Made by a program: the position numbers and the translations under genes
Part shown: positions 43,335 through 61,000 of the stretch, piece by piece
Numbering within the stretch: position 1 is the first letter of the stretch
Layout of the letters: every line of letters begins with the position of its first letter
NCBI GenBank assembly: GCA_012295275.1
Contig: CM022677.1
Location: forward strand, 8,804,001 to 8,868,000
Source: Chrysomallon squamiferum
Taxonomy: Eukaryota; Animalia; Mollusca
DNA: 64,000 nucleotides
Direction: 5' to 3'
Notes under the pieces: model-generated
Told to the model about the DNA's origin: nothing
The model's input: only the letters and a program-made list of their open reading frames with translations
Database searches by the model: none

Positions 43335-43433
43335 TATAAACACACTCTCTGTTATTATTATTATTATCCCTATTACAGTTCCTATTATCAGTATTATGAT
43401 TGTTGTTGTTATTATTATTATTACCATTATTAC

Positions 43434-43493
<60 letters not shown>

Positions 43494-43597
43494 GATTGTT
43501 ATTATTGTTATTTACAGAAGTGTGTGTTGAGTGTCGGATGCTGTGTCCAAACGGATTCAAGTACGAAGAAGGTTGTGCAGTCTGCGAATGTGCCTGA
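36724..43597 (+). CDS. Secreted antistasin-like (I15-type) serine protease inhibitor polyprotein, copy A: 273 aa, 7 domains separated by basic processing-like sites
   Basis: 14 GT-AG exons, all joined in phase 1: 36724-36772, 37833-37856, 38133-38222, 38327-38356, 38761-38850, 39082-39108, 39258-39347, 39755-39781, 39985-40077, 40441-40461, 40815-40904, 41077-41097, 43070-43159, 43518-43597 (822 nt). Protein: MQVFFVIAVCLVISAEG GLIESKR ECGPVCAMYCQYGMKIDENGCPICQCNTKE EAESKKR NVPDCGPVCMMYCQYGMKLNDEGCPVCECNPAP QATESR SAPACGPVCYMYCQYGNKLDENGCPLCQCNTQE EVEASKR DAVCGPVCNMYCEYGMKLDQDGCPLCECNAAPT QVKR QAKVCGPVCMMYCQYGMKLNDEGCPVCECNPAP GMKR DSTECGPLCRNYCPWGRVKDENGCDTCECYP KR EVCVECRMLCPNGFKYEEGCAVCECA*. 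The C-x3-C-x3-C-xxG-xxx-DxxGC-xx-C-x-C pattern is the antistasin domain. Confidence 0.92.
40351..40365 (+). pseudogene. Stub of a deleted antistasin-domain exon (VCGPV)
   Basis: TTATTACTAG|TGTGTGGACCTGTGT is identical to the acceptor and first 15 nt of exon 11, then stops abruptly. It is also present in copy B at ~52148-52162. Confidence 0.7.
41240..42600 (+). mobile_element. Decayed Tc1/mariner (Tc1-like) transposon in intron 12 of copy A
   Basis: HTH region ISRLRLRVHRTGQVRDRPRSGRTRLT...TVRNRLHAAGL, then frameshifted pieces GGSVMVWAGI, LLQHDNWRP and LNWPPMSPDLSPVEYAW. Multiple frameshifts; ends approximate. Confidence 0.85.
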
Positions 43598-43824
43598 TGT
43601 AGGAACACGTCTGATTTGTTTATCATTTACGTCATATTTTAATAATAGTAAATATTCACTTATATTATAAAACATTTATAGGTCCTTACATAATCATCAT
43701 AATAATAATAAAACAACAGTTACCGTTCGGATCTATTCTTTAAGCTGCAGTCCAAGGGAGACAACTATGTTTAATTTGATCTGATGTTAAAATACGAAAT
43801 AAATTAACAATAAACAACAAGAAC

Positions 43825-43892
<68 letters not shown>

Positions 43893-44128
43893 CAAAAATA
43901 AAAATAATAAAAAAAAAAAAAAAAAAAAAATAATATAAAATAAATAAATAAATATTTAAAAAAAAATAATTTAAATTAAAAATAATAAAATGAATCGGTA
44001 CAAACAATGCAAATGAATGTGCATATCTGATTATCAGGATACAGCGTATCGTCAATATAATGTATTCAAAAATGTATTTTTTTGTATGTGTGTATGTGTG
44101 TGTGTGTTTTAATATTATTTATCTACAG

Positions 44129-44230
44129 AAATTGTTTCTCTGTTTTGTTCTAGGAGAGAGAAATGACATAATTATGATGAAAGCACTTAGTTATAATGGA
44201 GGCCACTGAATAAATACTTCTATTTCATCT
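44129..44230 (+). other. Candidate terminal 3' UTR exon / polyadenylation signal of copy A (mirrored at ~49365-49465 in copy B)
   Basis: Acceptor-like CTACAG (44128) or TTCTAG (44153) followed by AATAAA at 44209-44214. Not confirmed. Confidence 0.35.
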
Positions 44231-44299
44231 GAGTGTTCTTCTTTTATTACTTGCTGTAAAAATACCATTATCCGTTTTGAGAATTTCTCTCTAAATATT

Positions 44300-44830
44300 T
44301 CATTACGGTAATGATGGCGATATTAATAAGAGATAATAATAATATATTTTAATACGGATGCTCACGGTCAGAAAATAAGAATAACAGCGAATAAAAAACG
44401 AAAAGGAATAAAGAGGAGTAAACCAATAACGTTATGAACAACGTCGGTACGACGGCAACGACGGCCACATTAACAGAAATTACAATACTATATTTTAATA
44501 TGTGATACACCAGCTCAGAAAGTTCGAGGAATAATTAATAACAAGCACTAAACATTAATGAGAAGTACTCCAACAAGCTAGGAACAACGCCATTACGACG
44601 GCAACGATGGTGATATTAATGGAGATAGTAATAATACATTTTAGTATTGGATTTGAACACTAAAGAGGTATGAATAACAGTTAAAAAAACAAACAAAAAA
44701 CAATAATGATAAGTACACCTAAAACATTAGCAACAATCCCTTTACGATGGAAACTATGGCAACATTAATAAAGATAATAATAATATATTTTGATGTAGGA
44801 TGCGCCCGATCAGAAAGTCTGAGGAATAGC
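44300..44830. repeat. Diverged ~146-bp tandem repeat, 4 units (mirrored at ~48760-49290)
   Basis: Units start near 44301, 44447, 44591 and 44741 and share TACGACGGCAACGATGG...ATTAAT...ATATTTT...TCAGAAAG. Confidence 0.6.
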
Positions 44831-46267
44831 CTTTATAAGATAAAACTGAGATTAGTAAAATTTGTATTAGTAGTACGTCTTCTTACTTTATAACCTTCTC
44901 ACAAAATGTTCTGCCGATTATTTAACAAAGCAAAACGGTTTATCTTTCAGTTGCTAGCAGCAGAGCTACGTGTGTTTGTTTATTCGTGATAATGATGCCT
45001 AACAGCACCAGCAAAGTGAATGTGGCAGTTACGTAATATTTTATTACGTTTATTATAGAATTCAGAGATAGAGAAGGGGATATTATTTTTCTTTAAAAAT
45101 GAGAAATATAAATAAATGTGCTTTTTTAAAATGTAAAAATACACAGAAAAATGTTTCAAGGCGTCAAAAAATGGGGATATTTTATAATAAAAGATATGAA
45201 CGTGATATTTTGATAGGATGAATAATTCTTATTCTACAGATAATTTAATATAAATATTAACATCATCACCGAGCACCAGTATCTTGCAGTTAAAAAATTT
45301 GCTATAGGTTTTTTTTGTTATCTTATAAGTGGATTTATATCAGCATGGTCCAGTATGCTCGGTAGTTATAAAAATTTGTTCGGTATCGTTCGTCATTTTC
45401 CGGCTGCGAATGCAGTCGCATGTAATGATATGTAAAGTTATTATGATGATACAGCTGAATGACAAAATTAGTATATTTTTATATAGTTTTCGCCTCAGAA
45501 AATGTTTATAAAGGGTTGTCATTTATTTATTTATTTATTTATTGAAACTACTGTCGTAATCGAGACCTGTCTTCAACTCGCACCAGACCGTTTTACTCTT
45601 GAACGATGAACGATAAAAGAAAGAATAACGTTGTATAACAATAAATATTCTCTTATTAATAATATTATTATTTATCTACAAAACAGACATCACAGGTTGA
45701 AATCCTACTTTCAGGAACTAGGGCCATGGTGAAAGATTCTACATTTACTGAAAAAAAAATCTGGACACACAGATAGAAACGTGAATGCATATGTTTAAAT
45801 AAAATACATATTTTGATGGATGTAAATAACTATTTTAAAATGTTAATTAAATTAAGAAATGAATAAACTATAATTATGTATTTTGAAGAAAAAAATTACT
45901 AGTGTAATAATATCCCTTTATTATTATTTGATACTCACATGCGCAGTTTATTTAGATCTACGTCAGCGGATTTAAATCGGGTTTAAATAAAACTTCCAAC
46001 GGTTTTACGTCAGTTGACATGTGAATGCCAATATCAGTAGGTCACTTTTTAATTTTTAATTTTTTTAAATTTTTTTTTTAAAATAATTTTATTGTTAGCG
46101 ATTTATTTTTTTAAATTGATTATAATCAATAATAGTAGTTAACTGTATATTTAATTAGTACTAATAAAATGTTATTATAAATATAAATAAAACACGAACA
46201 GTATGCATAAACCTCGGTTTCATGTTCTACTAATATGCCTTGGCGGACACATTCAAAGTCCACTGAT

Positions 46268-47674
46268 CAGTGGCGGCCACCAACCTTTGCACCTTTCGCT
46301 CAAGGTTGATCAGTTGCCCATGAGACGTCAGTGTGATAGGTTGTGTGTGTGGTGTTGTTCCGCACTGGTCGTGTGTGCGCGTGCATAATGCCGATTGCCG
46401 AATTAACTTCGCTGTGTTTTAAATTATTGTCATTCTTAAACACTTATTAGTAAAGAGATGTAGCTAACTAGGTGTATTTAGTTAAGAAATTATGCTAGTT
46501 AGAACAGATTTTGCAAATCTGTCGTCTCGGCAAATCTGTTCAGTTAACAGTGTTTACTATTTACTTGCACACTCAATTACAGATGAATTTAAACTAAATT
46601 AGCTTGTGACTAATCATAACTAGTTTAACACTGCCTGTTGTTTACTGTTGTTGGTTAGAGTACGCGCGTGTTAATTGCTTATGAATACCCCTTCACAATG
46701 GATAAATTTGTTAAAAGGAAGGATGTTAGTGACGGGTGTGAGGTTGAAACAGAACATACAATGAAGCCCACAAAATCCAGCACAAAAAAGGCAAAAGTTC
46801 ACCATAATAGACGGTATTGTGATGATTATTTGAAGTTTGGATTTTCTTGGTCAGGAGATGTTGCTCAACCATGTCCATTATGTATAGTTTGTGGTGAAAC
46901 AATGGCCAATGAATCCATGGTACCAAATAAATTACAAAGACATTTCACGACTAAACATTCCGACCTACAAGATAAAGATTTTAGTTATTTTCAAAGACTG
47001 TTACAACAGCAATCAAAGCAACGCAATGTTTTTCAGAAAACAATGACCGTGTCTGAACGGGCTCAACTCGCTTCATTTGAGGTAGCTGAAATAATAGCAA
47101 TGAAATCCAAATCTCACACTCTTGCTGAGTCAGTTATCCTTCCCGCTTGTAAAAAGATGGTCCTTCTAATATTGGGTTTAAATTATGCGAAGAAGAAGAA
47201 TTGGCTACCATTTCAAGTGACCGCAGTCTTAAAATAAAGCATTCTGAGGTAGATATCGACACATTTTGGATTTCAATACAAAAGGAATTTCCCGCATTAG
47301 CTGAAAAAGCCCTGTTAGTTCTTTTACAATTCTCTACTTCTTATTTGTGTGAATTGGGCTTTTCAACCTTAAATAATATAAAAAATAAAAAGAGAGAAAG
47401 ACTACGTTCCATTGAAGAAGAAATGAGAGTTTGCTTATCGCACATACGACCAAATATTCAAGAAGTCATAAGACAACACCAGGCACAAGTTTCACACTAG
47501 GTAAGTGGCAATTCTGGGACACTAACATAATAAACTGTATCAGACAAGTCCATATATGTATTTTTTAATTTAGTTTACGATTTCAACATAATAATATTTA
47601 AAATTATGACTGTGTCGCGACAGTTTCATGCGCTCGTAGGTATGTCGAGCGTAAAAAAAGGTTGAGAAACGCTG
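46268..47674 (+). mobile_element. Internally deleted hAT transposon (Buster/Charlie, SCAND3/ZBED5-like)
   Basis: ATG at 46698: MDKFVKRK...RRYCDDYLKFGF...PLCIVCGETMANESMVPNKLQRHFTTKH (BED finger). It is joined at ~47160 to the C-terminal dimerization region FWISIQKEFPALAEKALLVLLQFSTSYLCELGFS...QAQVSH. Most of the catalytic core is missing. Ends are CAGTGG...CAACCTT and AAGGTTGAGAAACGCTG; no clear 8-bp TSD. Confidence 0.88.
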
Positions 47675-48576
47675 ATATACAAACTAACTATAAAGTACGC
47701 TAAATAACGGAGACTCGCGAAATTTGCCGAGTCCTGCCGGTCAATACAAACATATTCATTGGGCGAGACCATTTTGGTAAAGGTTTTCAGTGCTGATGAA
47801 GAAGATTATTTTAAAATGCAATTAGGAAATTCCATCATCAACTCAAAAAAAAAAATAATAATAATAATAATAATAATATTTAAGAAAATAAACAAATAAA
47901 TAAACAAAAGTAAAGAACAAACAAAAAATAAATCATAAAAATAATAATAATAATATTTCTTTTTTTTTAAATGAAATAAATAATTGAAATATGAAGTAAA
48001 TAGATTAAGGAAAAGAACATTTACTAGTTTGTGCCCCGTGAACTGCTGTCCGTAGACATATTATATCAAACAAATAAAATACTTTGAAAATTTAAAACTG
48101 TTATTTTCATCCCAGAAGAAGCAGTAAGTTCAGGTAAATTGAGTATTTATTTAATAATATATTTATTTATATCTATTTTTATGGTTACAATTTCAAATAT
48201 ATAGATTTTGCTTTCTTATCCAGGAATATGTAAAGCAAACTGATTATTAAAATACATTTTTGTAGCTTATTTGAATGATATATCATTGGTGAAGAACATT
48301 CAGAAATGATTTTTATTCATTTAAAGTTTAAGGATTAAATAAAATAAAACAAAATAGTGTAATGAGAATGTTGAAAATAGATCACAGGAGTTCATTACAA
48401 CAAATAATCATAAAAGATAACAGGAACTCAAAAACTCTTCTAAAGACCCAAAGTATATCTCTATTCCTTTTTTATATACTGGTCCACTCATACCTACTGA
48501 TCTATCTGCCGATGTGTCTGTTCATCTACCTGTCTACCTGCTGTCATCTCTCTATGACCTCTCTCTCTCTCTCTCT

Positions 48577-48676
<100 letters not shown>

Positions 48677-49711
48677 TTTGTGAGAAGGTTATAAAGTAAG
48701 AAGACGTACTACTAACAAAAATATTTAAAATTTTACTAATCTCAGTTTTATCTTATAAAGGCTATTCCTCAGACTTTCTGATCGGGCGCATCCTACATCA
48801 AAATATATTATTATTATATTTATTAATGTTGCCATAGTTTCCATCGTAAAGGGATTGTTGCTAATGTTTTAGGTGTACTTATCATTATTGTTTTTTGTTT
48901 GTTTTTTTAACTGTTATTCATACCTCTTTAGTGTTCAAATCCAATACTAAAATGTATTATTACTATCTCCATTAATATCACCATCGTTGCCGTCGTAATG
49001 GCGTTGTTCCTAGCTTGTTGGAGTACTTCTCATTAATGTTTAGTGCTTGTTATTAATTATTCCTCGAACTTTCTGAGCTGGTGTATCACATATTAAAATA
49101 TATTACTGTAATTTCTGTTAATGTGGCCGTCGTTGCCGTCGTACCGACGTTGTTCATAACGTTATTGGTTTACTCCTCTTTATTCCTTTTCGTTTTTTAT
49201 TCGCTGTTATTCTTATTTTCTGACCGTGAGCATCCGTATTAAAATATATTATTATTATCTCTTATTAATATCGCCATCATTACCGTAATGAAATATTTAG
49301 AGAGAAATTCTCAAAACGGATAATGGTATTTTTACAGCAAGTAATAAAAGAAGAACACTCAGATGAAATAGAAGTATTTATTCAGTGGCCTCCATTATAA
49401 CTAAGTGCTTTCATCATAATTATGTCATTTCTCTCTCCTAGAACAAAACAGAGAAACAATTTCTGTAGATAAATAATATTAAAACACACACACACATACA
49501 CACATACAAAAAAATACAAATTTTGAATACATTATATTGACGATACGCTGTATCCTGATAATCAGATATGCACATTCATTTGCATTGTTTGTACCGATTC
49601 ATTTTATTATTTTTAATTTAAATTATTTTTTTAAATATTTATTTATTTATTTATTTATTTTATATTATTTTTTTTTATTTTATTTTTACTTTTATTATTT
49701 TTTTTTTTTTG

Positions 49712-49746
<35 letters not shown>

Positions 49747-49973
49747 GTTCTTGTTGTTTATTGTTAATTTATTTCGTATTTTAACATCAGATCAAATTAA
49801 ACATAGTTGTCTCCCTTGGACTGCAGCTTAAAGAATAGATCCGAACGGTAACTATTGTCTTATTATTATTATGATGATTATGTAAGGACCTATAAATGTT
49901 TTATAATATAAGTGAATATTTACTATTATTAAAATATGACGTAAATGATAAACAAATCAGACGTGTTCCTACA

Positions 49974-55911
<5,938 letters not shown>

Positions 55912-55954
55912 CTTTTCGTGAGTGTTCGATAATTGTCGGAAATGGAGAAAACCG

Positions 55955-56004
55955 AAGTGACGATCACAGAAAACATCCTTAGTTATATAGCGAATGTTTC
56001 GCAA
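55955..56004 (-). promoter_or_regulatory. Core promoter of antistasin copy B (TATA + Inr)
   Basis: Mirror of the copy A promoter; TATATAA at 55989-55983. Confidence 0.6.
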
Positions 56005-56503
56005 TAAACGACTCAGAAAAACGCATCAATAATGATATCAAATTAATTTTTATGTTTTATTTCACAGAGATAAACGTATGAAAACAGATATCATTAGATG
56101 ATAACGTCGACAGCAGTAATAAAGGTTGACATTTAATGCGAAATTCGGTCGATCTGTCGTAGCGTAGAGAGTTTAATAAGGGAGATAATATCCAATTTTT
56201 GATGTCACCACCAGTACGTGTTAATTATGAGCCATATCACACTAGGTGTCGCTAGTAAATTACCGCTGAACTTGTCAGAAGTAGTAAAAGCAAATTTGAT
56301 ATTTGTTATATTTTATTATTAGGAAATTATAAAACATCTGTAATGTACTCTGAGTGTATGTACGGTGGTGGGTTCTTAATCACTTTTACTCATATTTGCT
56401 CTCTCTCTCTCACAAACACACCTCTGTTTCTCTGTCGAATATTCGCATTTTCTCTCTCTCTCTCTTTATACTCACTTTCACTCTCTATCTGCTCTTTTTG
56501 ACC

Positions 56504-56573
<70 letters not shown>

Positions 56574-56609
56574 CGTTCTCGCTCATTATTTATCTATCTC
56601 TTTCGTTCG

Positions 56610-56692
<83 letters not shown>

Positions 56693-57330
56693 GGGCGATA
56701 ACCGGGGAACCTCGATATAACATCTAATATTAAAATGCACCTAGCCAATGCAAAATGGTTACATATTTATCCATTCATCCATTCATTCATTATCGATATT
56801 TGTATATCATTAAGTGCAAGAGAAATTTTTTATATTTTATTAAGATCAGTATTGCAGCTATTCAAACACAAAAATATATCGTGTAAATTAATTTTCTATG
56901 TTGTCACGTTCACTAGTTATTCTCCGTTGTCGCCGAGGTTACCTAACAGACGACAAACACGTGCTAATCTAAAAATAACACTTGCCTGGTTTTAGCCATT
57001 GTTCTGCCAAGGTTAAATGATGCAAACAGTCAAACGACAACGCCTGTGTGTTGTGGAAGGTAAAAATTAAAGCAAACATTTTGTAGACAGCAAGAAAACA
57101 AAATACTGAATTTCTAATTTGTGTCGAATATGGAAGCCATTATTATTTTTATTTTAAATTTACATTTAGAAAATGTCCGCTGTTTCTGTTCGTTTTCAGA
57201 ATGAACGAATATGAATATATGAATATAACTGTCTTTCTTCTTCATGCTGATGCTGCTGCTGCTGATGATGATGCCGACATGACGAAAGCTGCAGTATTCG
57301 TAACGATAATGAGAGTAGTAGTAGTAGTAT

Positions 57331-57362
<32 letters not shown>

Positions 57363-57507
57363 AATTATTGTTGTTAGGTTGCTACTAATATTTTACTAGA
57401 AGTAAAGACACATTAAGAAAGATTTATAACTTACTTCGTTTTGCGTGCATTTTGTTTGTGTGTGTGTGTGTGTGTGTCTGTCTGTCTGTGTATGTCAGCG
57501 TAATAAG

Positions 57508-60500
57508 TGTGATTTTGTTGTTATCTGTTTTTTTTGTTGAAAAGGAGGCACGTCGTTTTCGAAAGAGAAATCTTTATGCCCCATTTCAACGCCCAATCGT
57601 TTATGTTGTTTAGGTCTTTTTGTATTTGTTTCTGTATTGCTGCGGTCGATCTGCCTGCACGCTGTGTTTATTGGTTCGGTTGGTGGATTTTTGGCGTTGT
57701 CTTGTTGGTCGAGTGCTGTGACAATGTCGTTGATGTAGATGTTGATGAGTGTTGGCGAGATCACGGATCCTTGTGGGATGCCGTTTTCGATTGTCATTTT
57801 CTCGGAGGTTTGACCGTTTACTTTGACTGCTATGGTTCTGTTGTTGATGAAGTCTTTAATGAAGTTGAACATGTTGCCTTTGATGTTGTTGTTGATTAAT
57901 TTGACGAGCAGTCCTTCCCTCCAAACCATGTCGAATGCTTTTTCAATGTCTAGGAACACTGCGATGACTTTTTTGGATTTCCTAAAAGATTGATTAACTG
58001 TTGTTTGCAGACAGGTGATCTGGTTGTTTGTGCTGTGTTTCTTGTGAAGCCGCTTTGTTATTTACTGATTAAATTGTTGTTGTTTAGATGCTGGTTCAGG
58101 TGTGTGTTGATCCTCGTTTCCAGTGTTTTGCCAATGTGTGACGTCAGCGTGATCGGTCTGTAGCTGTTGGGTAGTGAGTGATCCTTGTGTGGTTTGGGCA
58201 AGCTGAAACATTCGGCGTGTTTCCAGTGTGTTGGAATCTTTCCAGTGGTCCAAATTGTGTTGCAGAGATCGAGTATGATGAGTAGTGGGAAGTTCGAATT
58301 GCTGCTGGACTTGGCGAAAGTTTGGCTAAGTAGGTCCGCTTTTTGCTTCTCGGTGAATGCGATGCTGTTTTTGCTGAGAGTGTTGATTCTGTTTTTTTTT
58401 GCCTTGGATGTTTTTCACTTTGGCCCACATGTCTTTGACTGATGTTTTGTGGTCGATGTTGTTGCAAAAGAGTTCCTAGTGTTCTTGTTTTGCACTGAGA
58501 ATTAGGTTGGAAACTTCTTTTTTTGCTATTTTGTATTTTTCGTGTGTGGAGAGATTTCTGACTTTTTTGTATTGTCTTCTGAATTTGTTTCTCTCTTTGC
58601 ATTTCTTTTCTATGCGTTCCGTCCACCAGGGAGTGGATATTTTGCCGGTGCATTTTCTGGTTTTGGGTATGAATCTGTTTGCAATGGAGTGTATCGTGTT
58701 GGTGAGTGATGTGCAGTAGGTGTCGATGTCGTTGGGGTTCTTTGTGGTGATGTTTCTGCATGCTTTGTAGAAGCCTTCCCAGTCCGCTTTGTTGAAGCTC
58801 CATTTGGATGTGAAATTGGATCTGTCCGAGAAAGTGTTCTTGCTGTTGTAGTTGGTGAGTATTTGGTGATGGTCGCTGTTTAGCTCATCGAGCACTTGCC
58901 ATTCGCAGAGCGCTGCGATGTCCTTACTTTGTGAATGTTAGATCAATGGCGGTTTGGTCACCACTGATGTCGCTGGTGTATGTGAATGTTCTGTCGTTCA
59001 AACAGACCAGCTGGTTTTGCTCTAGGAAATTTTCGAGGACGATTCCAGGACTGTCGTCTGTCGAGCCACCCCATAATGTGTTGTGACAGTTGAAATCGCC
59101 CACTATAATGAGCTTGTTGTTTGTTGTCATCATTTTGTTTAAGTCGTGGGTTTGCATGGTGTGTAGTGCAGGAGTGGGTGGGCTGTATATGTTAATTATG
59201 TCAATATTTTGATTGTTGTTGTATATTGTGATGCTTAGTATTTCTATGTTGGCGTGGACTTTGGCTTGGTTCAGCTTGGTGTGTGGAATGTCTTGTTTGA
59301 TGAGTTTCATGATGCCTCCCTGGGTGCTGTTGAATCTGTTGACGTAATGACTTTGATTCCCGGGGACCTTAAAGCTTTTTGAGGTTTTGTTGTTTTTGTT
59401 GTAGTGACCTAGCCATGTTTCTTGTATATGTGTTTTGGGTGGAGGCCAGGAAGTGTACGAGTTTGTCTCCGTGGTCTGCTGAGTGGAGGTGTTTAGCTGA
59501 AGAGTGGAGAGGTCTGTGTTATTGTGTGCTTGTTGTGAAGAGTGGAGAGGTCTGTGTTATTGTGTGCTTGTTGTGAAGAGTGGAGAGGTCTGTGTTATTG
59601 TGTTCTTGTTGTGAAGAGTGGAGAGGTCTGTGTTATTGTGTGTTTGTTGTGAAGAGTGGAGAGGTCTGTGTTATTGTGTGCTTGTGAAGAATGGAGAGGT
59701 CTGTGTTATTGTGTGTTTGTTGTGAAGAATGGAGAGGTCTGTGTTATTGTGTGTTTGTTGTGAAGAATGGAGAGGTCTGTGTTATTGTGTGTTTGTTGTG
59801 AAGAATGGAGAGGTCTGTGTTATTGTGTGTTTGTTGTGAAGAATGGAGAGGTCTGTGTTATTGTGTTCTTGTTGTGAAGAATGGAGAGGTCTGTGTTATT
59901 GTGTTCTTGTTGTGAAGAATGGAGAGGTCTGTGTTATTGTGTTCTTGTTGTGAAGAATGGAGAGGTCTGTGTTATTGTGTTCTTGTTGTGAAGAATGGAG
60001 AGGTCTGTGTTATTGTGTTCTTGTTGTGAAGTCTGTGAGAGATTGTGTGCTTGTTGTTGAGGTGTGTTATTGTGAAGAATGGAGAGGTCTGTGTTATTGT
60101 GTTCTTGTTGTGAAGAATGGAGAGGTCTGTGTTATTGTGTTCTTGTTTGAAGAATGGAGAGGTCTGTGTTAGTGTGTTCTTGTTGTGAAGAATGGAGAGG
60201 TCTGTGTTATTGTGTTCTTGTTGTTGAAGAATGGAGAGGTCTGTGTTATTGTTTGTTCTTGTTGTGAAGAATGGAGAGGTCTGTGTTATTGTGTTCTTGT
60301 TGTGAAGAATGGAGAGGTCTGTGTTATTGTGTTCTTGTTGTGAAGAGTGGAGAGGTCTGTGTTATTGTGTGCTTGTTGTGGAGAGGTCTGTGTTATTGTG
60401 TTCTTGTTGTGAAGAATGGAGAGGTCTGTGTTATTGTGTTCTTGTTGTGAAGAGTGGAGAGGTCTGTGTTATTGTGTTCTTGTTGTGAAGAATGGAGAGG

Positions 60501-61000
60501 TCTGTGTTATTGTGTTCTTGTTGTGAAGAGTGGAGAGATCTGTGTTATTGTTTGCTTGTTGTGGAGAGGTCTGTGTTAGTGTGTGCTTGTTGTGAAGAAT
60601 GGAGAGGTCTGTGTTATTGTGTTCTTGTTGTGAAGAGTGGAGAGGTCTGTGTTATTGTGTGCTTTTTGTGAATAGTGGAGAGGTCTGTGTTATTAGTGTG
60701 CTTATCGTGAAGAGTGTGTAAATGGTTGTTACTGTTTGTTTTGTTTTGTTTTTGTTCACTGTTGTTTTGTATTTGTAGGATTTCTCCTGTCTGTGTGTAG
60801 TTTTAGTCTTTTGTCGAGTGTGGGTAATTTGAAGCCCAAGCTGTCATCAATTATCTGGGCTACTGTGTGCTCCAAATTGGCGTCGACATTGGTGTTTCCT
60901 TGATTGGTTCTGATGTTCTGAAGCTCTATCAGGAGGCAGATAATGATTTTGTTGATTTCTGCGATTCTGATCTCAACAATCTCAACACTATGATAGAACA
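57508..61000 (-). mobile_element. Decayed LINE (APE endonuclease + RT; I/Jockey-like group), truncated at both ends
   Basis: ORF1-like tail at 61001-60756. Endonuclease motifs LSTLQLN, IQETWL, IVGDFNCHNTLWGG, AIDLTF, SDHHQI. RT motifs YRPITLTS, FLDIEKAFDMVW, GIPQGSVISPTLINIYINDI. No YADD seen; many frameshifts. Confidence 0.88.
59498..60715. repeat. 38-bp minisatellite (~32 copies) inside the LINE
   Basis: TGAAGA(G/A)TGGAGAGGTCTGTGTTATTGTGT(G/T)CTTGTTG head-to-tail with no unique spacers. Confidence 0.95.

Noticed and set aside
46668-47500. Domesticated ZBED5/SCAND3-like host gene
   Set aside because: Most of the catalytic core is deleted, the halves are out of frame, and TIR-like ends remain, so it is a non-autonomous element.
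59498-60715. CRISPR-like array (38-bp repeats)
   Set aside because: Repeats are head-to-tail with no unique spacers, there are no cas genes, and the context is eukaryotic. It is a minisatellite.
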